Source: Hyphochytrium catenoides (Eukaryota; Protista; Hyphochytriomycota). Taken from it: DNA of 43,714 nucleotides. The notes beneath the pieces were generated by a model that searched no databases, was not told the origin of the DNA, and was given only the letters and a program-made list of their open reading frames with translations. The position numbers and the translations under genes are program-made. Below are positions 13,272 through 25,350 of the stretch, in pieces; positions within the stretch are counted from its first letter, which is position 1, and each line of letters begins with the position of its first letter. The stretch covers positions 1 through 43,714 of the forward strand of contig FLMG01003442.1 of assembly GCA_900088475.1 (NCBI GenBank). Reading direction: 5' to 3'.

Positions 13272-15133
13272 TTAGATAGATGTGTCTTCGAGGGAGTGAT
13301 GCCGGCCTATTTGATAGCCACTTTCAGTAGGGGAGAATGGCTGAGCGCTCCCAGCTGAGCCAATGCTTGGCCGACCATTCCTATTCCCACTTCTTTTGAC
13401 TTTGTGATAGCGCCCTCTCCGGGATATTTGCACTGGTGCCTTGTCGTAGGGGATCTCAACCCGAGGCCTCTCCAGATCAGATGGGCGAATACCTCCTGGG
13501 ATGTCAGTGGAATTTACCACGGCTGTAACGTAGGTGACTGATATGTTATAGATATAGCCTCCGAATTTCGACCATTCCCAGCAGAAGAAGCCTGAGAGTA
13601 CGAGGGCATAGAAGGCGATAAGAAATGCCCAGATAGTAGAAGCCCAGCCAAAACCAGTGCCAGCCACAAGGGTTCCCCCAGCAATGGGGCCTATAATCTC
13701 ACCCAGAGAGAAGGAAGAATTGACAATCCCTGTTAGGGCGGCGTTAGCACCGACATGACGGAGGACAATGGATACACAAGACGAACTAAATACCTGACAA
13801 TACGTTAATTGAGTCGTATGAAAGGTCGTCTGAGGTTGAGATCAAGTAGTCCAGTACCGGTAGCATGGCCATATTCTGACCCACCCCAATGATTAGCAGA
13901 GCAAAAATAATACTGTTGAGGGACATGGGTAAGCTGCTAATCAGAGGCGTAGGTCCTAGAATAAAGAACCCAGCTGCAATCATTGATAAGCCCGCAATAA
14001 CGACTGTTTTGGGACCAAATCTGTCCCGGTGACTTGCCCACCCCGTCCCCGGCGCGACTAAGGCATAAGCGCAGGACATGACGAAGAATAAGCCGCCCAC
14101 AAGAGCTTTGCTGCTGACCAGAGGAGCTACATGGCCACCAAGAGTAGGTTCCAGGAAGGAGCAGCTACTATTACTTAGGGTGGCAGCCCCTACGATGGCG
14201 TGGTTGGCATGAGATGGTCAGTCAGCCTCAAAATCTTTAGGTAAACCTTACCAGCAACCAAGAGGATAGAGGGTCGTCTGATAACATCCTTCATGGTCAG
14301 ATCTGTAGAGTCATCTTCCTCCTCCATATCAGCCTCAGAGGGTAGGAGGACCGACAACAGCACCAGGAGAGACAAGGAGAGCACCGCCGTCACGATAAAG
14401 GCAAGAGGATATCCTCCAATCTCAAAAAGCACGCCTTCAAGTGATACTTAGAACACTTTCTACCTCAGAGTGATCCAAGGCCGCCTTACCTGCGACGGGT
14501 GGGCCAATCATGTACCCAATGCCATACGTAGCCTCCGACATTCCCAGTGCTAGAGAAAGATTCTCCTGGAATATCACTGCCAAGGTTGAATACGAAGCAA
14601 CTTCCACTGCGGCTGCCCCCAAACCCTGCAGCAGGCGAACCACGAAGCAGAGGACAATGAAGGTTTGCTTGTGCTGGATGTAGCACAAGAAGCCAAAGCA
14701 GAACGTTGTTGTTGACAACAGCACAATTCCCATGAAAAGCAGGCGGCGTCGGCCTACTATGCCGGCTGCAGCTCCCAGGAACGGCGATGTGACGAATGCG
14801 ACGCATGCAAAGGAGCTAAAAATAAGACCAATAACTGTTTGGATCGCAATGAGTTAGCCAGTGATTCCGTTAGTATGAAAGAATCAGGTCAACGTACTGA
14901 CCTGTGTCTGAAACACCCTTTGCTGCAGCTTCGTCAGGGAACAAAGGAGCAAGGAGGGAGTATACCATAGATGCAACCGTGGTAGTAAGACATAAGCCTA
15001 CTAGGGCCAACCTCTTCCCCCCAACCCCTAGGCCCTGCGGCCCTTGTGATATCAGAGAGGTCTTTTCATCGGCCACGTAAGCACTGGGAGGAGGTTGACC
15101 TTTGCCAGCGGCGCTGGATGCTGTCTGCGCCAT
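13272..15133 (-). CDS. MFS transporter, SLC18B1-like (vesicular amine transporter family)
   Basis: Spliced exons give YSLLAPLFPDEAAAKGVS, VRLLQGLGAA, GIGYMIGPPVAGVLFEIGGYPLAF, FLEPTL, DRFGPK and SFSLGEIIGPIAGGTL, with multiple hydrophobic helices. Introns are GT-AG. Confidence 0.85.
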
Positions 15134-15653
15134 GTTCCACGGGTCACTCGGCCATGAAGTCGACCAGCTCGAAACCTTAATAATCACGACCACGATGACT
15201 CTCTCGTGCTTCTAATCACTCGATAGAAGAGACTCTGGCGTTGGCCTTGGACGTCTCCATAAGCGGATCCGCGCGCAGACGAAAGAAGAGCGCAGTCCGC
15301 CATCCGCAGTGCCTGACTTTTGAAGCTCCAAGAAGCTCTTCATGGCACCAAAACCAAAATGGCGGCGCATTATTGCATGAAACAAACGACCGAAAGCTTC
15401 TTGGAATTCATTTATCTCCACCAACAGTTTATTTTTCCGTTAAATATTTCAATGGCGTCCAATATGTTATAAATGTGCCCACCTCATGAGCTCAACTTCG
15501 ACTTGGACACACCTGAAGCTCCACTTTTGTCTGCCTTGCTGGAGAAGAATGGCAGGATCGCAGGTAGAGCTTCCTCTTTGCGCTTTGTTCTCCAAGAGGC
15601 AGTCACTTGCAAAATCTTCTGGTAAGGACGTACATCTGCAACAGCCAGCGCTC

Positions 15654-17854
15654 TTAAACCCATTGCATGACTACAACTGCGTTAGAGAGCTGGGCGTCCT
15701 CCAGAGTCGACTCCTGGTTAGAGTTTAAGACGCGAGTGGGAAACATAGTTCGCAGCTCGAAGGGGCGATGTTTTGCCTCCTGAAGCTAAAAGAGGGAGCG
15801 TTAGCTGATACACCTTAGGCGCTCGACAAGTGCCATGCGTTGATTAACAGTACCTGTGACCGAACAAAGGCAAACAAGATAGAGACTAGGTCGGACTTAA
15901 GAAATCTGCGGACAAAGCGCTGGCCATCAGCTAGCCGTAGCTGAATTCTCATCCCGTCGGGATTAGATGCTGAGCCAGAGACACTGATGAGTCTAACTGA
16001 GAGAGAGAAGCTGAGCTTTCCGTATCACTCACCCTCTGGCTCAGGAGGAACTGGAACGTCCTCCTCAGATTTCTGTTCTTCCACAGCAGCTCCTTCCGCT
16101 TGGCCAATCGCCGTTTCTTCGGCTCTTGGGTCCCTTACGGGAGATGAGTCGCCCATTAATTCATCTGAGTCCTTCTGTCTATCAGAATCGTCAAGTGAAG
16201 CCGCTATAGCAGCAGCCAAGTCATCGTCATCCCCAGAAACGTCAATGATGCTTGGCTGAAGATGGAGAGAATTAGGTTGGCAGATGAAAGCTAGGAGGAC
16301 GATAGACTAACCTCTTGCCGTGAAGGAAGAACTTGTGGCGCCGCCATAGGGTGCTTGGAACAAAAGTTTGTCACTAAACAATGGCTTATAGTTAGTGCCT
16401 CGGCCCGGATTGCCTGGAGAGAAGTTGAGCACGAATTACGAGTACCTCTCTCTATCATAACTTCTGGATCAGCAAATCCTGTCCATTGCGCCATCCTCTC
16501 GGCTGTGCGAGGATCTATGATTCCGATGTGGGGTAGGTCTATCGGCTGGATATTGTACAAGGTGCAGTAGCGCTTCCCTTCGTCAGTCGTGTCGTAAGTC
16601 TGCAAAGGGTAAACTCTCTTAGATTTTTGCGAGGACTGATGGCTCATACAAGTTTAAACCAGGACACCATAATAGTTGTCGGCTCGTCATGATACGGGCT
16701 GAGGGTGGATGACAAGCACCAATGGACGGCAATAACGGACCTGCCAGAAGATGAAAACACTCGAAATCAAGTTTTGAAGCACTTCGTTGGACCATGTGTC
16801 TCTGTTCAGCATGTAGGAGGCAAACTCCTTGTCGTTCTGGATATTCACTAATAAATACTTCCTTGAATCCCTGGCCGCCTGTCTAGCCTGCTTACATAGC
16901 CATTAATCGGTTGTCCTGAAGAATCCTCGTGGTGTAGAATGATCACCTGTTGAAATGTACCGTGAAAGAGAAGTTCCAAAGGTGGCTGAAAGAGACTGGC
17001 CAGTCCGGCTTGTCCGCCATCTCTGGGCGCTGGAATGCCACCAAAGGCGGCTGCCGCTGTAGAAGATGAAGGAGGACATTATCAAGCGATCGAAGAGCAG
17101 AGTGATTAAAGCAGAGCGTACCCAGTCTTTGACTCTCAGCCGCAAAGTCTCGGAACGGATCCCTCACCAACGAGGAATTATGAATTGGTGGCCCAAAACC
17201 TCCCACCGCTACATGAAGTTAGCCTGGTAAATGTTTCAATCACTATACACGAATTTGCATACCTGGAAAGCCGAAGCCGGTGTCATCAACCAGTCTCTGC
17301 CGCTTTGATGGATCAGGGGCACGAACTCCCTCTTCTCCATAGCTGTGGTACAAACTCATAAGATCCATATAAGCAAAGCGGCCATAACTCGTGAGAGGAT
17401 GCACCTGGTCGCTCCAGTTCCTTCTAGCGCAGTAGCGTTTGTGGAAGATCTAGTAGTACGAGATGAGGAAGGTGCTGAGCGGGAAGAACCCGCTGTCTCC
17501 GTGGGCTTTGGGGGGAGATCGCCACCAGTCTCCATGAAAAAGTTGACCTTTACGTGAAGCTGTGAGGTTGGGAGAGACAAATATAGGTTCAGTGGTGCCG
17601 GAAATCCATACCGCTTCTTCCATGTTCCAGTTGACAGCCTATGGTAAACACTATCAGCCACAGTTCCAAGAGTCAGTGCTAACGATCCAAGAGCCTTACC
17701 TCCAAATAGAGTCTAGCGGCATCCAGATCCGACCCTGTGATAGCCATGAAACTGCAGGGAAAACAAGGAGATTAGTGCACCCCATCAAAATTTGGATCAG
17801 AATTTACAGCCATTGCACATACTTGTAGACTTTGTCCGATTCCTCAGCATCCAT
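15654..17854 (-). CDS. UBX domain protein, UBXN7/PUX7-like (UBA-like, UAS, UIM, UBX); p97/Cdc48 adaptor
   Basis: Spliced translation MDAEESDKVYNFMAITGSDLDAARLYLE...EEAVNFF (UBA-like), KYLLVNIQNDKEFASYMLNRDTWSN (UAS), DDLAAAIAASL (UIM), RIQLRLADGQRFVRRF...FELRTMFPTR...TLEDAQLSNAVV (UBX). About ten GT-AG introns. Confidence 0.9.
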
Positions 17855-18499
17855 TATGCAAAAGGTGGTTATGCCTTTCCTGTATTAGATCCTGAGTTTC
17901 TGACCTTCGGAGACACTCCTGCTTTTTGCGGTGGGACTTCAATATATATGATATATAAGCTGATGCACAGGGCGCGCTTCGATACCCAGCCGCAATAATC
18001 CTCGCCTACCGCCCCACGGTGCAATGTGGCACAGGTGTAAAATCGGCCTTCAGATCGCAGTCTCCGTCGTTTCCGTACGACAAGCGGTCCTTTTCTCAGG
18101 GAGAGCTAACACTACGCGACGAGGATGAGATAACGAGAAAAGTATACGGCCTGAGCTTACAGCGTTAGGCGGTGAGGTACAAACTTGCAGTGGTTATGGT
18201 TTGAGGGATCATGGTCTACTTGCAGCTCAGCTGCAGTCTTCACAGACCCACGCAGCGAGACCTTCGATTTCTTCCCCATCAGAAGGAAACAGCAGGAGAA
18301 CCAACATTGTTGAAAGATCACGAACCTTGGAAGTCCGCGCCGTGACACAGCATGCACCAAATGTACAGCTTGTAGTTGTAGTGTGCCACTGTACCTCGTA
18401 ACAACCACAACTGAGGAGATGATCATCATGCCATCAAAGGTATATGCGTACGAGTACTTGGTACACATTTGGGAGTTTTGTACAGAATGTTCTAACAAC

Positions 18500-18504
18500 A
18501 AAAA
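18500..18504 (-). terminator. RNA polymerase III terminator (T5) for tRNA-Leu
   Basis: AAAAA on + (TTTTT on -) four bases downstream of the tRNA 3' end. Confidence 0.7.
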
Positions 18505-18508
18505 GTTT

Positions 18509-18588
18509 TGACGAAGGTGGGATTCGAACCCACGCCCTTTCGGACCACAGCCTTAATGTGGCTCCTTAGACCGCTCGGACACTTCGCC
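18509..18588 (-). tRNA. tRNA-Leu (anticodon AAG), intronless, long variable arm
   Basis: Reverse complement is GGCGAAGTGTCCGAGCGGTCTAAGGAGCCACATTAAGGCTGTGGTCCGAAAGGGCGTGGGTTCGAATCCCACCTTCGTCA. It has acceptor stem GGCGAAG/CTTCGTC, anticodon stem CCACA/TGTGG with loop TTAAGGC, and T-loop TTCGAAT. Confidence 0.97.
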
Positions 18589-18736
18589 TTCTGACTGGAA
18601 ACGTTCAGTTTTCCCTTGATACATATTGCCTAGATTTATGCGTGAAGAGGAAAGGTCGTGACTTCGTACAGAGGAGATCGTCAATACCAAGTGTGGGGGA
18701 TCATCGCGAGTAAACGGATGATGGATCTTTATTTAT

Positions 18737-20642
18737 TCAAGGGCTTTGAGGTCGCCTTTGCTTCCGCCTTAGCTCGCGAAGCTCCCTTATCAGCACTGAG
18801 GTAAGACACAGAGCTGCGAGTAGGTCTCCGATTACAAACATGGCAAAAACTGGACCCCAATTGCATACTTGGCCAGCATCACTGTCTAGACTTCCGTCAT
18901 TATCACCGCTTCGGCAATGGGCAAGATATCCTACCAAGAACTGTGCTACTGCTGCCCCGATGCTACCCGTGCCATCTAGAATGCCAGTGACCGTTGACAA
19001 AGCCTTGGCATTGCCTACAATGACCTATGGTTAATAAGCTCTAGCAACCTTGCACAAGAACTACTACTACATACGCTACCTTTGAGGAGAGGATGAGTAC
19101 CTAAATCGGCAGAGACGGTGGAACTAATTAGATTGGCCGGACCACCCATAAGCCCACCAACGAGAAGCAACATGAAGGCCAATGAAGTCCGGTTGGTGTC
19201 TCGTAGAAACCAGAACTGGAAGCTGTCGATGTGTTTGGTTAGACAGGTATCTTTACACACTTTAAAGCAGGATGGTGGCCTGACCTCGACAGGAGCATCA
19301 TTAGCACCACCACAGGTGCCCGCGCGCCTAGCCTATCAGAAATGTAGCCTCCAGCAAATCCCCCGAGAATCTGGCCAACATCATACAGCATCTGGTTGCC
19401 GATAGAGGTGAGAACAACAGCTGCAACGCGAACGTGATCTCTGACCTTGCCACCTACCGAGAAAAAGTCCGCCTCACCATCCTTCATGTGGAAGTTGTTT
19501 TTGAGGTAGAATGGCAGCCAGAAAAACAAGGCGTAGTTTACTGCCTTGAGACTTGCGTAGGATAGGGAATACGGGATCACCTGAGGCAAAAATTTGTCTC
19601 TTAGAGCGTTTCCTTGGCATCAAGTGGATGAAATAAGTTCACGGCCTGTACCCCTGGAATCAGCCACGCTGACCAAAAGTCGATGGCAGGAGGGTCGCTC
19701 CCGGCCGAAGGAGATGGTCTTTCAGCTTCAAGCAGCTTATCCATTCCCTCTTCCACTTCAGATTGGTTGGCAAGACCAGCCTCCCTTGGTGTAGGAACGA
19801 GGAAAAAATAAAGCAGAGTCCCTTCTACAGCAACAACTATTCCAGCGATAACCATAGCGAGCATCCACCCCTCCGACGGGGGTACGATATAGAAGGTGAT
19901 GGCCACCACAGCTGTGCCTGCAATGTTTCCAAGTGATGCGTTTCCTGCCCAGACGCCGAAGACAGCTGCAGTGGCGAATAAGCATAGGTATATACATAAT
20001 AGCAGAAGCTGTGCGATAAAGAAGTTCTTCTGTACCTCCGCGGGTTGAAAAGGGAAACCAGTTGCCCCTGTTGTTCGAGCACGTTAGTCATCAACCAATC
20101 TCCTGGGAACCCTCTTTATGGTCGTACATTATGGCTATATTCGCTGGCCAACCGCATGATTGAATGAGCCCGTTCGTGGCCCATAGAGCTGCGTAGAAGC
20201 TCAATGCATGAATCTTAAGATATCCCCCAACTCCAAACAGAGCCACGATGGCGGCTGTCAGAAAGGTGCCAGCGGTCAGCACGTATCTCAGGTCGTAGCG
20301 GTCTCCTAGTATGCCACTGCAGGGGGATGAGATGGAGTGTCGGATTGAATCATAGTTACCCACAGAGGAACCTATGCGCTGCTGCTCATACCTAACGTAT
20401 AATCCGCCGGCATAGGTGAGGAGAAACAAGGTATCGAGAAAACCTTGCATCTCGGTCTGTTCATCGTGGTGGAAAATAGAAGATGTGAACCACTCTTCAT
20501 CGTTCAGAACACCCTTAATTGCTGAGAACGTTTTGCGGCTAAGGTGGAAGCATACATAACTCCAGAAAGTTAGAGCGAACACAGCATACTTATTAGCTCC
20601 GTACTTCAGGCGGACCGATGTCAGGTCTGCCGATGTCTCCAT
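18737..20642 (-). CDS. MFS sugar-phosphate exchanger / glycerol-3-phosphate transporter (SLC37/OPA family)
   Basis: YVCFHLSRKTFSAIK, SGILGDRYDLR, GLIQSCGWP...MGNWF...RGAVFGVWAGNASLGNIAG, KAVNYALFFWLPFYL, GPANLISSTVSADLG and STVTGILDGTGSIGAA. Seven GT-AG introns restore the frame. Confidence 0.92.
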
Positions 20643-21524
20643 TTTCTCCACCAGGTTGACCTATGACCACCTAATTCTTCTTAGGTCGTATGATGGTTGT
20701 GATGACAGTTGTAAATGGAACAGGCAACTCTTGAGGAGACGGCTTCATGCATTTCAATAGGGGAAAGATAACAAAATAGCCAGCCAGTCAGAGATATCTG
20801 ATCTCGTCTGAGGCCTGCACTTTCTTATGTTCAGAAACAGCCTTTCAACACTGCAAGAGCTTTCCCCAAGAAGCCTCTCACAAAAAAGACAAGGTGTTGT
20901 GATGATCAAGAGTCAGGAGGTGTGAAGGGAAACGGGAAACCTAACTGAAGATAACGATTACTGCTGAGTGAACATTGTAGTTATCGTAAATGATTGAGGT
21001 CTGATTATCCCGGCAATGCGATTATCGTGGCAGTGTCTGGATTGCAAGGTTTGATACTCTACTTCCTACTCGTAGAGCTTCCTTTGTCTTGTGTTGGCTG
21101 TGTGGCTGGCTGGACTTGTGGACAAACAGGCGGCACTCAGTCTGATCCTTCTATCATCAGACAAACGTATGAGGTGAAGCTTATCGGCAGCAATCCTGCT
21201 ATGATAGCGTCCAAGACTTACTGCTTAGACCGCAGCGAGGGCCGTTAAGTGACGCGCTGTGCTTAACGCTTTGGTTTATTAGCAGGGCCAAAGCCTGTGC
21301 TCTGTAGTACGAAAGGAGGCAGGGCAGGAGGCAGCTCTTGGCTCCATTGCTTGGTGAGACTGCTTCCCTATGCCAAAGATGTCAGGATGCGGTAGATGTC
21401 AGGATTTACCTTGGCGGCGGCTACCTCATGTGTGGCTGCAACTACCTGCTTTTGGTTAACCTCGCCACTGATGTTCGTATCTGCCTTTCCGACGCTACAG
21501 GGAACCGCAATAACCAACATCACC

Positions 21525-22306
21525 ATGGCGCAGCAGTCAGAGAGACACCAGCTCAATACTCCTTGGAGCATATGGGAGCACAGGGAAGACCTTGGAATGA
21601 AGAACGATGGCCGGACGTATGAAAGTAATATGCATAAGCTTTGCGACTTCAGCACAATTGAAGAGTTCTGGGGCTACTGGAGTAATATTCCACAGCCGAG
21701 GTAGGGCCACAAAGTAAAACAGCTATCTGTTCACGAGCTCATAGGCGGACGTCTGTCAGTGTTATCTTCACAGACGGAAGTCAGGGAAAGAAAAAGTTCA
21801 AAGACAGAAGAGTAAACTCTTTCAGTGTTTTCAAGAAGGGAATAGCTCCCAAGTGGGAGGATCCTCAGAATAGTCGAGGTGGCCACTGGGTGCTCCGGAG
21901 AAGTGAGTACTTCTTGTTCTTTTGTCATACCCGTAGTCTGTTACTAACGTGACCTGTACTCAAGGGTTGAAGCCGGATGTTCTAGACAACATGTGGGAAA
22001 CACTTGTTCTCGGAGCCATAGGAGAGACGATGGACCCTGGAGACAACATCACTGGGGTCAGAGTTGTGGACAAGCATGACGCCAAGGTATGGAACGAGAG
22101 AGTCCGAACTACATGGTTGTACGTTGCGACCCTAAAGCTCATTGGACCTACAGGGGAGTGGTAGTATACTGAAATTGGAAGTATGGTTCCGTAACTTCGA
22201 CGACGTTAGAGCTGCGGAAGAAATCAAGGAGCGAATGGTGACTTTTATCAAAGACACCACTGGAGAACACTTTGGCTCACAATTTATTAGGAAGGCAAAC
22301 AAATAA
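21525..22306 (+). CDS. eIF4E: Eukaryotic translation initiation factor 4E family protein (4 exons)
   Basis: HQLNTPWSIWEH...FSTIEEFWGYW...SVFKKGIAPKWEDPQNSRGGHW...WETLVLGAIGE...ITGVRVVDK...KLEVWF, with three GT-AG introns of about 60-67 nt. An in-frame upstream ATG at 21396 is also possible. Confidence 0.95.
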
Positions 22307-22588
22307 TCTAACATTCAACAGATGATGCGCCATGTGACAAGAGGTCTCTCTTCAATCACCTTATAAGAGAGGACAAGAAGATGATAGTAAGGGAGATACG
22401 ATGGGCCCGGTGGAGTGTTCAGAGCGACCATCGCTAGCATTCGAGGGGGGAACCTTTCACAAACATCAATAATAGACTACTCAGGTTTTGGTCAAAGTAT
22501 TTGTTGAGTCAGGCAAGCTTCAGCAACAAAGGAGAATGTAGTAGGTAGATCAAACATGAACTCCATCACTAGGAGATAGTAATAGTAA

Positions 22589-22887
22589 TTATCCGTCAAT
22601 CTTTGCAAGAGCAGCAGCTTCACGTCTAAGTTCTTTAACTACAGCTGCTAGGGCTTCAGGGTTGACTCCGCTTTCACAGAGGCTTACGAGGATTGCCAGA
22701 GATTCCTTGTCCAATCCAGTATTCAATATTCTTGAGATCTCGTGTATAACTGAAATCGTAAGAGAGGGACAGAAAACAGCTCAGACATTCTGGCCCTCTA
22801 TCTTGGGACACAGAGCTATGCCTTACCTTCCATGGTATCCCGTGCCTCCTGCAAACTATCCTGCTTGACACCAGTGCTGGAACTCAT
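22589..22887 (-). CDS. MZT1: Mitotic spindle organizing protein 1 (MOZART1/GIP1), 2 exons
   Basis: Removing the GT-AG intron 22826-22750 gives [73 protein letters not shown]. This contains the MOZART1 signatures LNTGLD and [15 protein letters not shown]. Confidence 0.96.
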
Positions 22888-24272
22888 TTTGATCAATAAA
22901 ATAGCGTCCGTATAAACTCTTGCTGCGGGGTAGGTAGCGTTTGTGGGGATGAACTCTTCCTTCTGGGTAAGCCCCTGTTCACTAAGGCGCCGAGTATATG
23001 GCCCAGCCAGCCATTACCTTTGGTGTTAGTATCTGGTCAATAGGTTGGGTAGAAAAGTGCTTGTACAAGTCAATGTGGGTTGGAGGTTCCTTCTTCTGGT
23101 CAGAATAAGGGACGCCGTGAACCCGGGACGGAAGTGTGTGACAAGTGATAGAGACGAAAGCACTCTGAAAGCCCTCCCAACCACGGGCAAGTGATCCTCC
23201 TCCAGATCTCGACTTCATCATCAGCACAAATGAAAGCCTTCTTCAGTTTGTTCAAAGGTAAGGTGCAAGTTCAGACCTCATACAAGTACAAATAGCGCGC
23301 CATAATTGGAAGCTGCGCGTTAACGGTACTGAATCTTGAAGCAGTTTTGAAGCTGTTGATGCAACCTGCTGCATCAGCGCAATTATTCTCATCGTAGAAT
23401 CTGCCTTGCTGGAGTAGCAGCCTTCTTCATAAATAAAATCCAGATGATTGCCTATTGCCATTAGCTGCCTGATATCGTCCAGACCAGCATTCGCGCTGGG
23501 ATAATGTGTTCTGCCTTTCGACTTCTTGAGTCTAGCCATGATGAGCACGGACATCGCCGGGGTTTGTATGTCTACCACCACTAGGGTACTGGGGTTGACG
23601 GTTCCCACTCTACGCCTTTCACCTACATGGCAAAGTACGACGGATGACTTCTAATGGTTGTCTCTGCGTGGGACAAACCTCGGCCCTAGGGTGGGGTCCA
23701 GAATTTGAGATGGAACAGCTTCAGTCGGCTTGCCTCATTGTGAAGCAAGAAGAGCCTTTCACCTGCTATTGAATGACTAGTGATTGAACGACCATTAAAT
23801 CTTGCGATTTAGACTGATTCTATAGCTATTAGGAAACTTCCAATCCAGGAAGTCAGCATAACTGCAAACGTCATTTTGATGGCGGGTCTATTGACATTCA
23901 AGAGAACCCTGGGAAAATTGAGCACTTATTGAGAAGAGGCATGACAGCCGTCTTCAAATTGGTCCTCAATCCATCCCACATCGACCGAGATTCCTTTAGG
24001 GCGCTCGATGAGTCAATCGAGAAATGAAACTCTTCCTATCCAAATCAATCTAGAGGCGGTCAGTTTTTGCTTGGTAAGGTTTGCTGGTAATCCTAATTCA
24101 CAACTGGTTGCCTTCTCTTCCTCCTCCTGCACCTGTCTGATTGCAACTCATTCAGCCCAGATAGTAAATTTTATCTCTTTAGACAAAAGAGTCCACCTCT
24201 ACCCACGTGGCTCGTTGCCATTTCGCCTTTTCCAAACGCAACCGCAAAAACAAATAGGGTCCACCCTTTGGG

Positions 24273-24590
24273 CCGTCATCATCGTGAGAAGGCTTCCTCG
24301 ACTCCGCAAAGGGGTCTCATGGAGACGATGTTGGGAACCCCAGTGTTGGCTTACGGGGACGCTCGGGTCAAGAGCATTGGAAAGGGAGAGCCCGGCGTCC
24401 CCGTAAAGTACTTCTTCACGAAGACCATAACAGTGTTTAGGGCTACTTTGGTAGCCTCCTATAGCAAAAACGTTACCGGGAGCCGTGCTCTCCCTTACCA
24501 GTACTCTTGACCCACGTACGCCAACACTGGTAGGTCCAACAACGTCTCCCTGGGACCTGCTGGCTCGAGGACGCTCTCTCACGAGGACGG
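24273..24590. repeat. Long imperfect inverted repeat (foldback); arms about 24273-24409 and 24469-24590
   Basis: Left arm ...ggagacgatgttgggaaccccagtgttggcttacg...gggtcaagagcattggaaagggagagcccggc... aligns with the reverse complement of the right arm ...ggagacgttgttggacctaccagtgttggcgtacgtgggtcaagagtactggtaagggagagcacggc... Confidence 0.85.
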
Positions 24591-24617
24591 AATATCCTCC
24601 CTCCTGTCGTTCGCGCA

Positions 24618-24669
24618 GCAGTGAAGCCTCAGGCGTTCGTGCGGCAGTGAAGCCTCAGGCGTTAGTGCG
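24618..24669 (+). repeat. 26-nt direct tandem duplication
   Basis: gcagtgaagcctcaggcgttcgtgcg / gcagtgaagcctcaggcgttagtgcg (one mismatch). Confidence 0.9.
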
Positions 24670-25289
24670 CAAGAAGCAGGCGAAAAAGAGGAAGGCAGGT
24701 GCTTCATCTCCTGCTGCCACTGGCCGTCTTGACTGGAGGGGGAGAAGACCCCCTCTACCGTTTTCCTCCCCATGAGCTTGTGTCGGTGTACTCTTCTACC
24801 TATCACTCCTGGTGGGTCCTTAGCTACTACTGATCTACTACTGTTCTATGCTGGATTCCTTTGTCTCGTCTAACAAATCCTTGCTGTCGTCTACTTCGTT
24901 CCCTTTAAAATCATCATCCAATCCTGCCATTTCTCTGGGTAATACTGGCTACACTACCGCATAATCTACCTCTCGAGACGCCTTATCACTGTGAGATTTT
25001 GGCCACCTCCACCTTTTTAGTACGCCTGAAAAGCTTCCCACAACTAGGAACGCTTATTAACTGCAATGTGTTCGTCTACTTCGCTCTGGTGCCCTCATGC
25101 TGCTCTTATGCTTTCATTGAGTTCGAAAAATTCTGAATGATGCGGCCTGACTATTATAGTGACCTAGCGAGTGTATTATTGGTATCCGACCCGTCCATCC
25201 TGGTGCCGGTCGATCACGCCAAGGGCTGTTCTTGAACTTAGAACAGCAGCGGTAGCGAGTTCTCGCTTGTCAAGTTGGTTGCAACACTT

Positions 25290-25350
25290 NNNNNNNNNNN
25301 NNNNNNNNNNNNNNNNNNNNNNNNNNNNNNNNNNNNNNNNNNNNNNNNNN
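25290..25350. other. Assembly gap (run of N)
   Basis: Run of N. Confidence 0.99.

Noticed and set aside
18157-18501. Minus-strand ORF containing MGKKSKVS downstream of the tRNA
   Set aside because: No recognisable homology and no consistent spliced model.
23252-23608. 118-aa minus-strand ORF as a possible transposon or viral relic
   Set aside because: No RT, RNase H, transposase or RdRP motifs were recognised in the frames I translated.
24592-24600. ATATCCTCC next to the foldback
   Set aside because: Imperfect consensus, no host reading frame and no matching branch site identified.
24273-24690. SRP (7SL) RNA or ribozyme interpretation of the foldback
   Set aside because: The length is similar to 7SL, but I found no Alu-domain or helix-8 motif and no hammerhead CUGANGA/GAAA core by eye.
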